Positions 1 through 11,362 of a stretch of DNA of 64,000 nucleotides are shown here, piece after piece (within the stretch, counting starts at the first letter, position 1; each line of letters opens with the position of its first letter). The notes under the pieces are model-generated. The model worked only from the letters and a program-made list of their open reading frames with translations. It searched no databases and was not told the DNA's origin. The stretch covers positions 117,408-181,407 of the IMG/VR virus record IMGVR_UViG_3300033463_000013. One strand, 5' to 3'. This DNA is from a virus. Lineage: Duplodnaviria; Caudoviricetes. The translations under genes were made by a program, and so were the position numbers.

Positions 1-269
1 CCTATAAGATTTAGGACATCGCCAATATTCTCATTATTTAATGGTTCGCCACCGAGAATACTTAATGTACGCATTACTCCATTTTTCTTTAGTTTTTCCA
101 TTATTTCTTGGCGCACATCTAAATCATATTCGCGTCCATAATTAAAATCTTGTGCTTCTGGGTTGTGACAACCGGGGCAATGGAAGTGACAGCCTGAGAA
201 GTAAACCGAGAGGGAGATACCGGGCGCGGCTGCGGTATCATCCCAGTAAATTCCAGCTATTTTACTCAT
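1..269 (-). CDS. nrdG: Anaerobic ribonucleotide reductase activating protein (radical SAM), truncated by window edge
   Basis: Own translation from ATG at 269: MSKIAGIYWDDTAAAPGISLSVYFSGCHFHCPGCHNPEAQDF...SILGGEPL; CxxxCxxC motif; directly downstream of nrdD. Confidence 0.9.
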   Translation of the reverse strand, partial: MSKIAGIYWDDTAAAPGISLSVYFSGCHFHCPGCHNPEAQDFNYGREYDLDVRQEIMEKLKKNGVMRTLSILGGEPLNNENIGDVLNLI

Positions 270-2524
270 TAGTGGATGTGTTTGACGCGCTCTTCAGTTT
301 CAACCTGCTTGCCCCTATTAAAAGCAGTTTTATAATTTCCGGTTAAGTAGCCAGTTACGCGTCTAAGTCTTGATATATTAGTACTTCCACACTGCGGGCA
401 CTTCTCGCCAATTTCATCTTGATAACCGCAGTCATTACAGCTATCTAACGGCACGTTGAGCGCGAAATAAGGTATATCGTGGTCCATCGCATAGTTTACT
501 ATAACTTCAAGTGCATCTATATTATTCTTTACTCCGCTTGGAACTTCTACATATGTGATACATCCGGCGCTAGAATATCCTGTTAGTTGGCTTTCAATAT
601 CAATTTTATCAAATACTGAAATGTCGTGCCAAACTGGTACATGCATACTATTTGTGAAATATTCATGGTCAGATACATTTGGAATCTTACCATATTTTGC
701 GCGGAATTTCTTCATTGCGGTATAACAAAGATTTTCTGCGGGAGTATAATATACTCCGAAGTTTAGGTGATATTCTTTCTTAAACTCGGCGCATCTATCT
801 TTAAATAGTTGCTCAATACGCTTTGCTAGTTCCATGCCTTTTTCGGTAGTATGGTCACAACCAATTAGAATCTGTAAAGTTTCTGCAAGACCTAATTGAC
901 CTATAACTAATGTGCCGTGCTTTAGTGCAGAGCGAATACCTTCTTCTGGATGATAACCTAGCATTGTATGATTTTCATACATAAATTTGGCAGAAGAAGC
1001 ATCTTGACTACAAATCCAATTGAAACGTTCAATAAGCATATCTTTGGCTTCATGGATTTTTGTATCAAGCAAATCCATAAAACAATCAATTAGTACTTGT
1101 TGATATTGTTTATCATCTATATAAGTTTGTTGTAATTGTTTTTCTTTTGCTTCCATAGCAAGTGTAGGCATAATAATTGTTACAGGACAAATATTGCCAC
1201 GACCATCCTTCATTTGAGGATTTGTACCAGGCTCAGCATTTATATCTCCAAGGTTCGCCGTGCGGCAGCCCATTGTAGAGAAGTAAGTGCGAGGATCATT
1301 AATATCATATCCAGCTGCATTAGACCAATCTACATTTGCGTAGTTTGGATAGATACGTCTTGCAGTTGATTCAAGTGCCAGTCTATATAAATCATAATTT
1401 GGATCCCCATGATACCTATTTACACCTTTCATACATTGGAAGATTCCGCAAGGGAAGATAGGTGTTTTATGAAATTTACCCACCCCTTTAATTGAACCAT
1501 TCAAAAGTGCTTTAATTACCATACGCCCTTCGGGTAGTGTACAAGTACCATAGTTAATGCTTGTAAATGGTAACTGATTACCACTACGAGATTGAAGTGT
1601 ATTAAGATTATGGTACATACCTTCAACCGCTTGTTGAAGCTCGCGTTCTGTTTGTTCTAATGCATAATAATAAATACCTAAGTCTTGTTTAAAGTAATCA
1701 TCCTCAATAGATAAATCCATATCTTTTGCATAAATAATTACTTGCTCTAATTCAGCTTCTGGGAGTCCTCCAATATATTTACAACCATCAGCATAATGTT
1801 TATAAAAACTTTTCCTTACATAAGGCACCATAGTCCAATCCAAATGAGTAGCGCTAACACCGCCAAACTGCATTAGACTTTGTAACTGGAAGATAACTGC
1901 TACGAGTTGGAAAGCAGTATTAATTGAATTAGCAGGACGTACATCAGTCTGTCTTGTATTAAATCCATTAGCAAGTAAGTCATCAAATGGAATACTTAAG
2001 CAATTATGCATACCAACAGCATATGCACTTAAATCGTGAATATAAATTTCATTATTTAAATGATTGGCTTTAGCCATTGGAGATACACAATAATCAAGTG
2101 CATACTGCTTCATCATTTCATCAGAAGCCTCACCAACACGGCCGCCGAACGAATGTTCATCAATATTAGCGTTTTGGTTTTGAACATTTGTAGCACGAAG
2201 TTTTTCACTAATAGCCCGAATAAATTCAGTGGAGTTTGCGCGCATCACGCCGTGCTTATACCTATATTTAATATATGCTTTACCTACTGCACGATCATAA
2301 TCAGTTAGATAATCTTCGACTAATTCTTGAATATCTTCAACTCCAAGGGGTTCTTCCATTTCTTTAGCAACATTTTCTACTAATTCAGCAATTTCATCAC
2401 CATAATTTGCTAATGTTTCAGCATGAGGATAAACCTCTTTTTGTGCTTTAAAAATAGCACGAGAAATTTTATCTTTATTAAATGGAACTAATTCACCCGT
2501 TCTTTTTCTAATCTGTAATTCCAT
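269..2524 (-). CDS. nrdD: Anaerobic (class III) ribonucleoside-triphosphate reductase with N-terminal ATP cone
   Basis: ATP cone (IRKRTGELVPFNKDKI), TMGCRT, YYTPAENLC, CxxC...CxxC and glycyl-radical motif RRVTGYL; start placed at MELQIRK. Confidence 0.95.
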   Translation of the reverse strand: MELQIRKRTGELVPFNKDKISRAIFKAQKEVYPHAETLANYGDEIAELVENVAKEMEEPLGVEDIQELVEDYLTDYDRAVGKAYIKYRYKHGVMRANSTEFIRAISEKLRATNVQNQNANIDEHSFGGRVGEASDEMMKQYALDYCVSPMAKANHLNNEIYIHDLSAYAVGMHNCLSIPFDDLLANGFNTRQTDVRPANSINTAFQLVAVIFQLQSLMQFGGVSATHLDWTMVPYVRKSFYKHYADGCKYIGGLPEAELEQVIIYAKDMDLSIEDDYFKQDLGIYYYALEQTERELQQAVEGMYHNLNTLQSRSGNQLPFTSINYGTCTLPEGRMVIKALLNGSIKGVGKFHKTPIFPCGIFQCMKGVNRYHGDPNYDLYRLALESTARRIYPNYANVDWSNAAGYDINDPRTYFSTMGCRTANLGDINAEPGTNPQMKDGRGNICPVTIIMPTLAMEAKEKQLQQTYIDDKQYQQVLIDCFMDLLDTKIHEAKDMLIERFNWICSQDASSAKFMYENHTMLGYHPEEGIRSALKHGTLVIGQLGLAETLQILIGCDHTTEKGMELAKRIEQLFKDRCAEFKKEYHLNFGVYYTPAENLCYTAMKKFRAKYGKIPNVSDHEYFTNSMHVPVWHDISVFDKIDIESQLTGYSSAGCITYVEVPSGVKNNIDALEVIVNYAMDHDIPYFALNVPLDSCNDCGYQDEIGEKCPQCGSTNISRLRRVTGYLTGNYKTAFNRGKQVETEERVKHIH

Positions 2525-2529
2525 ATGAA

Positions 2530-2736
2530 TCACTCCTTGAACTTCTTTCCGCAATATGGGCATGAGTCACTATCGGAAAAATCATAACTTCCGTTACTAT
2601 GCGGACATAACTTTTGTAAATCTTTAATTTCATCACGAATAATAAATACTCGATCTGAACGTTCCATTGTAGTTAGCGCCTTTTTCAATTCAGTACTTAA
2701 TTCCTTATATTTGTTTTTAATATTATCTGTATTCAT
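2530..2736 (-). CDS. Small hypothetical protein with C-terminal Cys/His Zn-ribbon-like motif
   Basis: CPH...CPYCG; ATGA overlap with upstream gene. Confidence 0.7.
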   Translation of the reverse strand: MNTDNIKNKYKELSTELKKALTTMERSDRVFIIRDEIKDLQKLCPHSNGSYDFSDSDSCPYCGKKFKE

Positions 2737-3818
2737 ACTTTCCAAATTCCTCCCTTCTTAGCTGTTTCTGTAGTCTGGCGAAATAAGGTATTAGATGCTG
2801 GATATTTCTCTAATATAATTTCAAGCTGTTCGCGCTCAGGGCGCCGGTCAGATAATTTTTTATCTTTTGGTATCCTATCTATAATACTTTTATAATCTTT
2901 TGTATCGCCTTGCGACCAAGTAGCAATTAATTTTGATATATCTGAAATTGGATTATAACAGCCTATCATTGGTTCTTCATATTTAATCTTAATAGGAATG
3001 TTACAGCTCCAAAATACATATAATAAATTTAATTTATAAATTATATCTTTTAAATAATCCGATTGATAATGAAATGAGCCGCCAAGTGAAAGATATACCT
3101 AAGCGCTTGGACTTACTGCAGCCAATAAGCGATTCTTATAATGCTTCATCAATATTGGTGTTTCTTTTAATGGTATATTTAAATCTAAATATGCATCATT
3201 ACTTCGATTAATTAAATAATTTTCACGGACATCTAAAAAATCAGAAATTTTCTTATAATGAGCCGGATGAATAAAATTAATTGAAGAAGGCTTCCTATCA
3301 ATCATCTTATCTATTATATTTCTCCAACCATCTTGAAAAAAATCTATATCATAAATATAAATACGATGACGTTTTTGAATTGCAGGAAGAGGTAGCACAT
3401 CCTCTCCCGCGTGCCATCTATAATATGAATTATCTAGTAATCGCGCAATTTCAATATCTTTTATACCAGCTACACGCTTATCTTTTAAAAAATCATGATA
3501 TATACGTGTGCGCGCGATAGTATAATCTATTAATTTATTTTCAAATGGAACATATTTACCATTGGTAAATGCTGTTCCTCCATATATAATATTATCTGCT
3601 CGTTTAAAAATATCTGGCACAGTCACAAAATCTTTAGATTCACTAAAAATATATATCTTTTCATAACTTGTTAATTCAGTTTCATCTAAGTTAATCAGAC
3701 GACAAAATTTATTTTCTTCTTGTTGATAGTAAGTAGCAAGTTTCATTATTTCAAGATTTGGAGGGCAGAGTGATGGTTTCTGCCACAATTGTAATTGTAA
3801 ATCAACTAAACCTATCAC
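2733..3818 (-). CDS. 361-aa protein (one in-frame TAG read through) resembling a degenerate phage radical-SAM-type protein
   Basis: ORFs 3099..3818 and 2733..2969 are in frame, separated only by TAG at 3099-3101; N-terminus IGLVD...PNLEIMKLATYY; no CxxxCxxC seen. Confidence 0.7.
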
Positions 3819-6800
3819 TCTTCTACCTCCACACGCTCGGTCTGGAATTCTAAAGTTCCGTCATTATGTATTGCTATTATTTTAGAGATAATTGGATAAA
3901 AACTATCTTTACGTTTTTTCGGAATGAAGTCTTGTCCTCTACGGATACCCTGTACCATTAATAATGTTCCACGCGAGAACCAACTTTTCTCGATAACGTG
4001 TTTCTTACCATCTAAACCTCTTTGAGATAATTGTTTATCATACCCTGCATATTGATTCTTATAAATCTTCACATTAACAACACCACTGGGTGTCAGTAAT
4101 GTTACGGTGTTTTTCATCTTGCTCTTATCTATTACTGTACCAATAATTCTTCTTAATTTATATACTCTAACTTCATTACCATCTTTACCTGTAAATGAAT
4201 AATCTACTTCGGGTTCCTCTGGTAATTTGAAAAAATCATCATATAAATATTGTGCTTCTTCTAATTCATGTGAATGACTATAAAAGCTTACAGATTCCAT
4301 TTCCCAATGAGATATTGAGCCGCTAGCATATTTATTAAACATTTCATTATAAAGCGCTTGATTTAATTGTTCTAGCATTTCATTCTTATGTTCTTTTAAA
4401 TATATTCTAATAGGATCCATTCCTCTTTGATAGAGATTGTCCCATACTGCGGCAGCAATTCTTGTACCATTAGATAACCAGTCCGCGCTGAAGTTGTTTG
4501 CAATAAAATTAACCGCGGAATCATTTAATTCATAATATTCAACCTTCTTTTGTTGCTTTAAAAACTTGTTGAATAAGAATAATTTTTTACAAAACATAAG
4601 TTCTTCTGGAATCAAATTATAATTAATTAACATCTGCATATTTTGAAGTGTTAATCTTTGCTTTTTATCAGAAATCAATTCGATATATTTTGCCATGATT
4701 TCTTCACGCGGAACGCCCATTAAACTGTCAAATGCTCCGCATTTAATGAGGTTTGCCATTTGTATCTTATTGACTTTAACTTTGTCCAAAAATTCTTCCA
4801 TCGATCTAAATGGACGCCCACCCATAATATCTTTGATGGTAGACGTTGATAATCTTGTAATACCACGTAGACCGTAGAGGATTTCATTACTTTCAACCAC
4901 TGGAGTAAAGGTGTAACTGGAACCATTGATATCGGGTGGAGCGACCTTAATTCCATATGTACTGAACCGTCCGATCGCTGCTGCAACCTTACCATAGTCA
5001 ACTGTTTTAGATTTTTCTTTCTTTTTATCTTCTTTCTCGCCTTCTGTAAGTTCATTTTCTTCCTCCCATTCTTCTTCCTCAATATCATCTTCTTCGGCCT
5101 CAGGTTCAACATCTAAACCCTCATCCTCATCTTCAACCTCTTCAATTTGAATGCCACCGCTATCTACAATTAAATTTGCGGTGTTCCAGAAGATGATTGG
5201 ATAGAAACGAGCAAGATTCATTTCTTGAAGTGCTATCATGGAGTATGAATACGTATGCGCAGCGTTAAATCCATATCCACGGCTCAACGCAACTTCAACA
5301 TCCCAGACATAATGACAGAACTTTTCATTTAATCCCTTTTCCTTAACATTATCAAAAAACTGTTTAGTTAAGGCATCATAATCTTTAGGATTCTTTTTTG
5401 CAATTGACTTACGAAGTTTATCAGCCCACTGTAAGTCCCAACCGCCACATTCAGGCAACTGAACCAACTGCATGAACTGTTCTTGTGTGATAGACATGCC
5501 ATCAGATATGTCTAATTCACGATGCATAATGGCCCGTTGTTCTTCAGTTAAACCCATCTGTTGCATTTCTCTATCCCATGCTTTTGGATTTTCTCTAAAC
5601 CTCGCATATTTATCTAATGGACTTTCCGCGCCTTTTTCTGTCGCCATTAAACGAATAACCGAGTTAAGAACTGCTAATTCGTCAACACTTCGTGGATGTG
5701 TCAACGCAATTCCACGAACTCCACTTTGCTGTTCCATCTGGAATAAACTAACTATTTCGTGATTCTGGACCATATCCCACATTTTTTCATCGTCACGATT
5801 TATCTTATAAACTCCAAGAGCATTCTCATATGTTTCTCTTAAAGTTGGATACTGTTTTATATAACCTTGTTCTACCAATAAGTCAAGACAAGTATGAATT
5901 TTATCCGCAGCTTCAACACTCAACAAGTCCATCTTAATCATGGATACATCTTCAAGGTCATGTAACTCAAACTGTGTAATTACCGTACCATCGGGCGCCC
6001 GCATCAATGCGCTACTTTCTGTAAAGTCCTCATCTGTGAAGACTACACCGCCCGCATGAATACCTTGACCACAAATTAAACCTTCAATCTTACTTGCTAC
6101 TTCCCAAAGTTTGGGATATTTATTTATTTCATTAACAAATGATTGAGTTGGCGCGATGCCATTATCTTCATCACCATAGTATGTTTGCTTTAATGTATAT
6201 ACTTGACCACGCTCACTTGGAATTAAATTTGAGATATATGATGCTTCATCAACATCAATTCCTAATCCACGTGCTGCTGTTTGAATCGCTGATTTTGACT
6301 TTTCTGTCTTAAATGTTGCTACATTTGATACTCGGTTCTGACCATATACTTTTCTTAAATGTTCTAGAACCTGCGCTCTACGAACACCTTCAATATCAAC
6401 ATCAATATCAAGTACTGATACACGAGCTGGGTTAAGGAATCTCCAAGGATATGTCTTCGTCTTTTCACGTAAACAATTTATTTGAATAATATCCAAAGCA
6501 TACAGAAGAACAAATCCCATACCAGAACCACGTGCCGGCATTACTAATGTTCCAGCATTCCAACATTCATCAATAATTTTTTGAAGATTGAGGAAGTATG
6601 CTGACCATTGTGCTTTATTTACTTCTGAAGAAATCCATGTCATTTCAAGACATTCATTTAATGCCTTATATGCTTCTTCATTTTGAAGATCTTCATGTTT
6701 CATAATGCCTTCTACTACGGCATCTACCAACATATTATCTGCGCGATGAGGAGAACCAATGAATTTTTCTAATTCTGGAATCTTCTCTATATAATATTCC

Positions 6801-7771
6801 AAATCATCATTACTATGATTATTAAATTCACGCCATGGCAAACTCGGAATCTTTAGTGGCTTTAGAATACTAAAATCTTCACATTTATCTTTAATCTCAC
6901 GAATTGCCGCGTAAGCCGACTCAATCTCATCATCACTCATATACTTTAAGAATCCACGCACTTCTTCATCTTTCATCATGTAAGTTGTTGCGTAGAAACT
7001 CTTAACTTCACGGTCACCATCTTGTGCATTAAGAAATGCTTCATGAATTGAAGCATCTTCTGGACGACCATAATGGCTATCTGTTGTAATAATATATTTT
7101 AATTCAAGTTCTTTAGATATTCTGAGCAACTGTTGATTAACGAAAATCTGTTCTTTATTGTTGGAAGGTTGGATTTCGAGATAGAAATTCCCTTTACCGA
7201 ATATATCTTCAATATACATGCACCAACGTTTAGCGGTTTCATAAAATTCTTCATCTCCTGTGTCCATATATCTTAACAAAAACTTATCTAATTGTGAGCC
7301 AAGACACGCGCTTGACGCAATCAAATGTCCTTGATTCGGTTTTACAATATCTTTTAAATCCTGATAATAAGTTGGACGTCTGCGCTGGCGCCGACTCATA
7401 TATGAACGCTGCCACGCTCTTGTAGATAACTGACAAATCTGCTTATATCCTTCCAAATCCTTCGCGAGAAGAATGAAGTGGAAGTATCTATCTTTTGTCT
7501 TATCATAATTCTTCGCGGTCAAACCATTTCTTGTAAGGTAAATCTCATTACCGCGAATCAGCTTAAAATCTGGATGTTTTTCTTTAATTTTCTTATAATA
7601 TTTCTCTGCCTTAATATAACTTGATATAGTTTCATGGTCTGTTATTGCAACACACTCATGCCCAAGTTCTATGGCTAAATCAATCAAACCTTGTACGGTG
7701 TTAATACAATCACGCAAAGTTTCATTACTATATTCAGTATGATTGTGCATACTACCTGGATATTGTGACAT
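3815..7771 (-). CDS. dnaE: DNA polymerase III alpha subunit
   Basis: PHP domain (HNHTEYS, AITDH, TDSHY), ARGSG, DIDVD, HAGG, KMDLL, GYGFNAAH; start at MSQYPG after RBS. Confidence 0.95.
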   Translation of the reverse strand: MSQYPGSMHNHTEYSNETLRDCINTVQGLIDLAIELGHECVAITDHETISSYIKAEKYYKKIKEKHPDFKLIRGNEIYLTRNGLTAKNYDKTKDRYFHFILLAKDLEGYKQICQLSTRAWQRSYMSRRQRRRPTYYQDLKDIVKPNQGHLIASSACLGSQLDKFLLRYMDTGDEEFYETAKRWCMYIEDIFGKGNFYLEIQPSNNKEQIFVNQQLLRISKELELKYIITTDSHYGRPEDASIHEAFLNAQDGDREVKSFYATTYMMKDEEVRGFLKYMSDDEIESAYAAIREIKDKCEDFSILKPLKIPSLPWREFNNHSNDDLEYYIEKIPELEKFIGSPHRADNMLVDAVVEGIMKHEDLQNEEAYKALNECLEMTWISSEVNKAQWSAYFLNLQKIIDECWNAGTLVMPARGSGMGFVLLYALDIIQINCLREKTKTYPWRFLNPARVSVLDIDVDIEGVRRAQVLEHLRKVYGQNRVSNVATFKTEKSKSAIQTAARGLGIDVDEASYISNLIPSERGQVYTLKQTYYGDEDNGIAPTQSFVNEINKYPKLWEVASKIEGLICGQGIHAGGVVFTDEDFTESSALMRAPDGTVITQFELHDLEDVSMIKMDLLSVEAADKIHTCLDLLVEQGYIKQYPTLRETYENALGVYKINRDDEKMWDMVQNHEIVSLFQMEQQSGVRGIALTHPRSVDELAVLNSVIRLMATEKGAESPLDKYARFRENPKAWDREMQQMGLTEEQRAIMHRELDISDGMSITQEQFMQLVQLPECGGWDLQWADKLRKSIAKKNPKDYDALTKQFFDNVKEKGLNEKFCHYVWDVEVALSRGYGFNAAHTYSYSMIALQEMNLARFYPIIFWNTANLIVDSGGIQIEEVEDEDEGLDVEPEAEEDDIEEEEWEEENELTEGEKEDKKKEKSKTVDYGKVAAAIGRFSTYGIKVAPPDINGSSYTFTPVVESNEILYGLRGITRLSTSTIKDIMGGRPFRSMEEFLDKVKVNKIQMANLIKCGAFDSLMGVPREEIMAKYIELISDKKQRLTLQNMQMLINYNLIPEELMFCKKLFLFNKFLKQQKKVEYYELNDSAVNFIANNFSADWLSNGTRIAAAVWDNLYQRGMDPIRIYLKEHKNEMLEQLNQALYNEMFNKYASGSISHWEMESVSFYSHSHELEEAQYLYDDFFKLPEEPEVDYSFTGKDGNEVRVYKLRRIIGTVIDKSKMKNTVTLLTPSGVVNVKIYKNQYAGYDKQLSQRGLDGKKHVIEKSWFSRGTLLMVQGIRRGQDFIPKKRKDSFYPIISKIIAIHNDGTLEFQTERVEVEE

Positions 7772-7796
7772 TTTCTCACCTCTTTCTACTATATCT

Positions 7797-7825
7797 ATTA
7801 TATCATAAAATTTAATTTTTGTCAA
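7797..7825 (-). promoter_or_regulatory. Consensus sigma70/sigmaA promoter upstream of dnaE
   Basis: TTGACA-N17-TATAAT on minus strand. Confidence 0.8.
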
Positions 7826-8229
7826 TGCCAAAACAGAAATGCTATATATGTTATAGCTATCTGAATTAAATGTAATGTTTGGTCTGTAATTAAATTTATC
7901 TCTAATTTATTCGCCTTTTCATTATCTATATAAGCGTGCCAGAATGTATTCCATAGTAGAAATAGTGGATAATCAAAATAGAAAAATATCTCATTATAAT
8001 TATTTATAATTCCATAAACTAATAATGGTAATAATATCATAAATGCCCAAGAAAAACCGTGTACTATTAAAACTACTTTATAATCATCTTTATACATAGG
8101 ATTTGGCGCATTCTCTTTCCACCATTTCTTTTGCTTCATCTTTGCCAATATTCCTTGTAAATAATAATCATCTACAATATGACAAAATATCATTATAAAC
8201 AGCAATATTAATTTCATATTATACCTCAT
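7822..8229 (-). CDS. DUF3307-like membrane protein
   Basis: HIVDDYYLQ...H...WHAYID...DQTLH His pattern with hydrophobic helices. Confidence 0.7.
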   Translation of the reverse strand: MRYNMKLILLFIMIFCHIVDDYYLQGILAKMKQKKWWKENAPNPMYKDDYKVVLIVHGFSWAFMILLPLLVYGIINNYNEIFFYFDYPLFLLWNTFWHAYIDNEKANKLEINLITDQTLHLIQIAITYIAFLFWH

Positions 8230-8462
8230 CCATAAGGGTTCTCGTGCGCCCTATAATCCCAATCTATTTGATCTTTAAATTCTTCTTGTTTTTTCTCAGT
8301 GAATGTGCGCCACGCTTCCAAGTCTGAAAATTGCATATGTTCTTCATGTGTACCTTCCCAAATATAATGTTTACATACTTCACATCTTTTGGGTTCTTTT
8401 TCTTCTTGATACCAACGATTTCCGCACCAAGGACATTCATAGTAAAATACATCAGAACTCAT
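8226..8462 (-). CDS. Small Zn-ribbon hypothetical protein
   Basis: CPWCG...CEVC; overlaps neighbours in operon style. Confidence 0.6.
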   Translation of the reverse strand: MSSDVFYYECPWCGNRWYQEEKEPKRCEVCKHYIWEGTHEEHMQFSDLEAWRTFTEKKQEEFKDQIDWDYRAHENPYG

Positions 8463-10227
8463 ATTTACTATTATCCTCTACTAACTCATAATCATCAATG
8501 AAACACTGGACTGACTTTTTACCCATCCATTCATTAAGGTTTGCGCGCCCATAAATAGTAAGTTTTTTCATCCTATTATTCATAACTTCCTCAATAAAGT
8601 CTGTATCTTTAAATTTCACATAATCAATTCCATTATATGAAATCTTAACACTACTTCTGTCCGCGCCCATAACATTAACACTCATAAGTGGAATATTCTT
8701 TACAATAATCTTCGGCTCATCAATATGATTTCCAAAGTATTCTGGATGCGCTGCTAAACAGCCTAGTAATTCATCATTATAATCATTACCATCTAGAATG
8801 TAATCTACAATATAACAATTCTCAAAGTCTTCAGCTTTTAAATGACTATTTGCATAATTAAGTAGAGCATTTAATTTGTCTCCATTAAGGCCCCAGCCGG
8901 CCGCATTATCATGTCCAGCTGTATATGTTACAAGACCGCTATCTTCAAGGAACTTTTTAAAGCTAGGAAGTCCAGCAAAATTACCATCTGATCTAATACT
9001 TCCTTGAATTTCATTATCATTATTACGGCGACCAATCATGACTGGCTTGCGATATTTTGTAACAACATTCATAGCAATGAGACCAGTTAATTCTTGTGGA
9101 ATATTATCTGAACCATCTAGTTCTACTATAATAATATTATTATCATCAAGACCATCTTTTTGAATTTTAAAGTCTACAATTCCCATAGCTTGTTCTTTTA
9201 ATCGATCCTGACGGGATTTTGCATTTTTACCTACACGTGCAGTTTGTTCAGCTGCTGTTTCCCAATCTCCTGGTTTTGCTCCACGTTTAGTACTTTGTAA
9301 AGGTTTATTTGGTTCAATAAAGCAATATAACATTGCCTCTTTCTCTGATGTGGTTCCAACTCGTGTAATGGCATTGATTAATGGCGCGATATAAAAGGCA
9401 ATATCAATTGGATTTAATCCTGCATAAGGCGCAATTGCTTTATCTTTTAATGAATAGGATTGTGCTTCAATTAAAGTTTTAAATCCTTCATTAGTAATAT
9501 TCCTTAATCCTTCCATCATTATATAATTTGTTTCAACATTAGTTCTATCCATTACATCAGCGATTTCTCCAAGTGCTGCCAAATCAATATAATTATGAGC
9601 CTGCTCAATACCAAGTTTATCATCTAAAACTTCACAAAATTTATAGACTACGCCCGCGCCACATAGAGATTTGTTTGTATATTCTGGTGATAGCTGATTG
9701 TTTACTACAATAACAGTAGGCAAATCTGATACAACAGGATTACCTTGATCATCATATAATTGGTCATGGTGATCTAAACAAATAACATCCATACCTAATT
9801 CACCCAATGCACGATGTTCTTTTACATCATAGCTACCAGCATCTGGACATACTACTAAATCCCACTTAGCTTCATCTGTAATCCAGTCAACTTTATCATT
9901 TAATCCATGCTGCTTATGTTCATGCACTGTAAATTCTAATCTTGCCTCTGGAAAGATATGTTTAATATAAAGCCATAAAATACTTGAACTAGTAAAACCA
10001 TCAGCATCGCAGTCTACTATAAATAATATATCACTATTTCTACGTAGATGATATAATAGCTTTTCCGCTGCGGCTTCAATATTTTTTAGTTTATATGGAT
10101 TTAATTCACAAGTTTCTGCAGATGGATTAAGAAAATTTTCAATATCTTCTACTCCCCTATCATGGAGTATTTCTTTTAATGCTTTATCTGGATTTGTACT
10201 ATAACTATTTCTTAATCTATATTTCAT
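8452..10227 (-). CDS. recJ: RecJ-like DHH-family ssDNA exonuclease
   Basis: DCDADG, DHH, GAGV, AGHDNAAG motifs. Confidence 0.9.
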   Translation of the reverse strand: MKYRLRNSYSTNPDKALKEILHDRGVEDIENFLNPSAETCELNPYKLKNIEAAAEKLLYHLRRNSDILFIVDCDADGFTSSSILWLYIKHIFPEARLEFTVHEHKQHGLNDKVDWITDEAKWDLVVCPDAGSYDVKEHRALGELGMDVICLDHHDQLYDDQGNPVVSDLPTVIVVNNQLSPEYTNKSLCGAGVVYKFCEVLDDKLGIEQAHNYIDLAALGEIADVMDRTNVETNYIMMEGLRNITNEGFKTLIEAQSYSLKDKAIAPYAGLNPIDIAFYIAPLINAITRVGTTSEKEAMLYCFIEPNKPLQSTKRGAKPGDWETAAEQTARVGKNAKSRQDRLKEQAMGIVDFKIQKDGLDDNNIIIVELDGSDNIPQELTGLIAMNVVTKYRKPVMIGRRNNDNEIQGSIRSDGNFAGLPSFKKFLEDSGLVTYTAGHDNAAGWGLNGDKLNALLNYANSHLKAEDFENCYIVDYILDGNDYNDELLGCLAAHPEYFGNHIDEPKIIVKNIPLMSVNVMGADRSSVKISYNGIDYVKFKDTDFIEEVMNNRMKKLTIYGRANLNEWMGKKSVQCFIDDYELVEDNSKYEF

Positions 10228-10240
10228 TGTTTCTCCTTCC

Positions 10241-11362
10241 TTATCTTACTTTTATTCTATGTTTAAAAAGTTCTTCAAAAACTTCCTTGCCTTTATCAAA
10301 TGGAGAATCTTTATATCCTAAAAGATTATCCATATCCCATATATAATAAAAAGTTGCTTGGCCCTTATATTTATTACATAGATTTTCTATTTTTGTTCTA
10401 TATTCTCTAGCTTCATTAGAACGCCAATCTTCATATTCTTTATCAAATGCAATTGTTATTTCGTTTGCGCCTAATACATTAGTTAATAGACTAACTTGAA
10501 ACTTATTTACATTTGAACCGCAGCAAGCAACTGTATTACTAAAATCATTATAATATCCATCATCAAGCAGAACAGATTTTTCACCTTCTGCTATAATTGC
10601 ACTTCTCCTTTTTTGAATTGCTTCTTTATGCTCATATATTCCATAAAGATTAAAATGTAAAGGGTGTGCATATAACGTATTTGCTATTTGAACTGGCCGA
10701 TATTTACCGTATTCCGCGGCTTCCTCTAAGTCCAGCGTTCGCGCGCGAATACCAACTAATTGTCCATTTATATCAAAATGTGGAATTGTTATCTTATTTT
10801 CTGCATTCCACAGACCAATGTTAAATTTATCCATAACTTCAGGTTTAATACCATCCTTTAGCCATAATGGATGATGATATGGAAGAAAATAAGTCAACAT
10901 TTCTTTTGGATAGGATGTTAATTGAGGTATTGATGAATCAAATTTATACTGTTCAAAGTTTATATCTGACTTATATTTTTTCTTATCAGATAATACTATA
11001 TGTTTTAAACATTTTTTAACATAATCAACTGCTTCATTAAACTCTACTTTATGATAATTAATTCTCATAAATTTTTGATAGAGTGTAAAAATCGACATAG
11101 ACTCATTACATTCTGTATAGCATTTAAATATTTTATTATTCTGATACCAATATAATTTCATTGATTCTGCTTCATCAAGTGGATTATGACAAATAGTAGG
11201 ACATACTAAATATCCTTTATCTTCATAAATTGCTATTTGATCAACCCCTAAACTTTCAAGAAAAGTTTTAATATCATCTAGAGTAATAGAGTTAATTATA
11301 TCTTGAATTGTTAAGTCTAAAAGTTCAAGTTCAGAGTCAGACCCTTGCAATGATGCTATCAT
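10241..11362 (-). CDS. DNA primase (Zn finger + TOPRIM)
   Basis: CH...CYTEC Zn motif, EGEKS, AFDKEY TOPRIM motifs; adjacent to helicase. Confidence 0.85.
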   Translation of the reverse strand: MIASLQGSDSELELLDLTIQDIINSITLDDIKTFLESLGVDQIAIYEDKGYLVCPTICHNPLDEAESMKLYWYQNNKIFKCYTECNESMSIFTLYQKFMRINYHKVEFNEAVDYVKKCLKHIVLSDKKKYKSDINFEQYKFDSSIPQLTSYPKEMLTYFLPYHHPLWLKDGIKPEVMDKFNIGLWNAENKITIPHFDINGQLVGIRARTLDLEEAAEYGKYRPVQIANTLYAHPLHFNLYGIYEHKEAIQKRRSAIIAEGEKSVLLDDGYYNDFSNTVACCGSNVNKFQVSLLTNVLGANEITIAFDKEYEDWRSNEAREYRTKIENLCNKYKGQATFYYIWDMDNLLGYKDSPFDKGKEVFEELFKHRIKVR

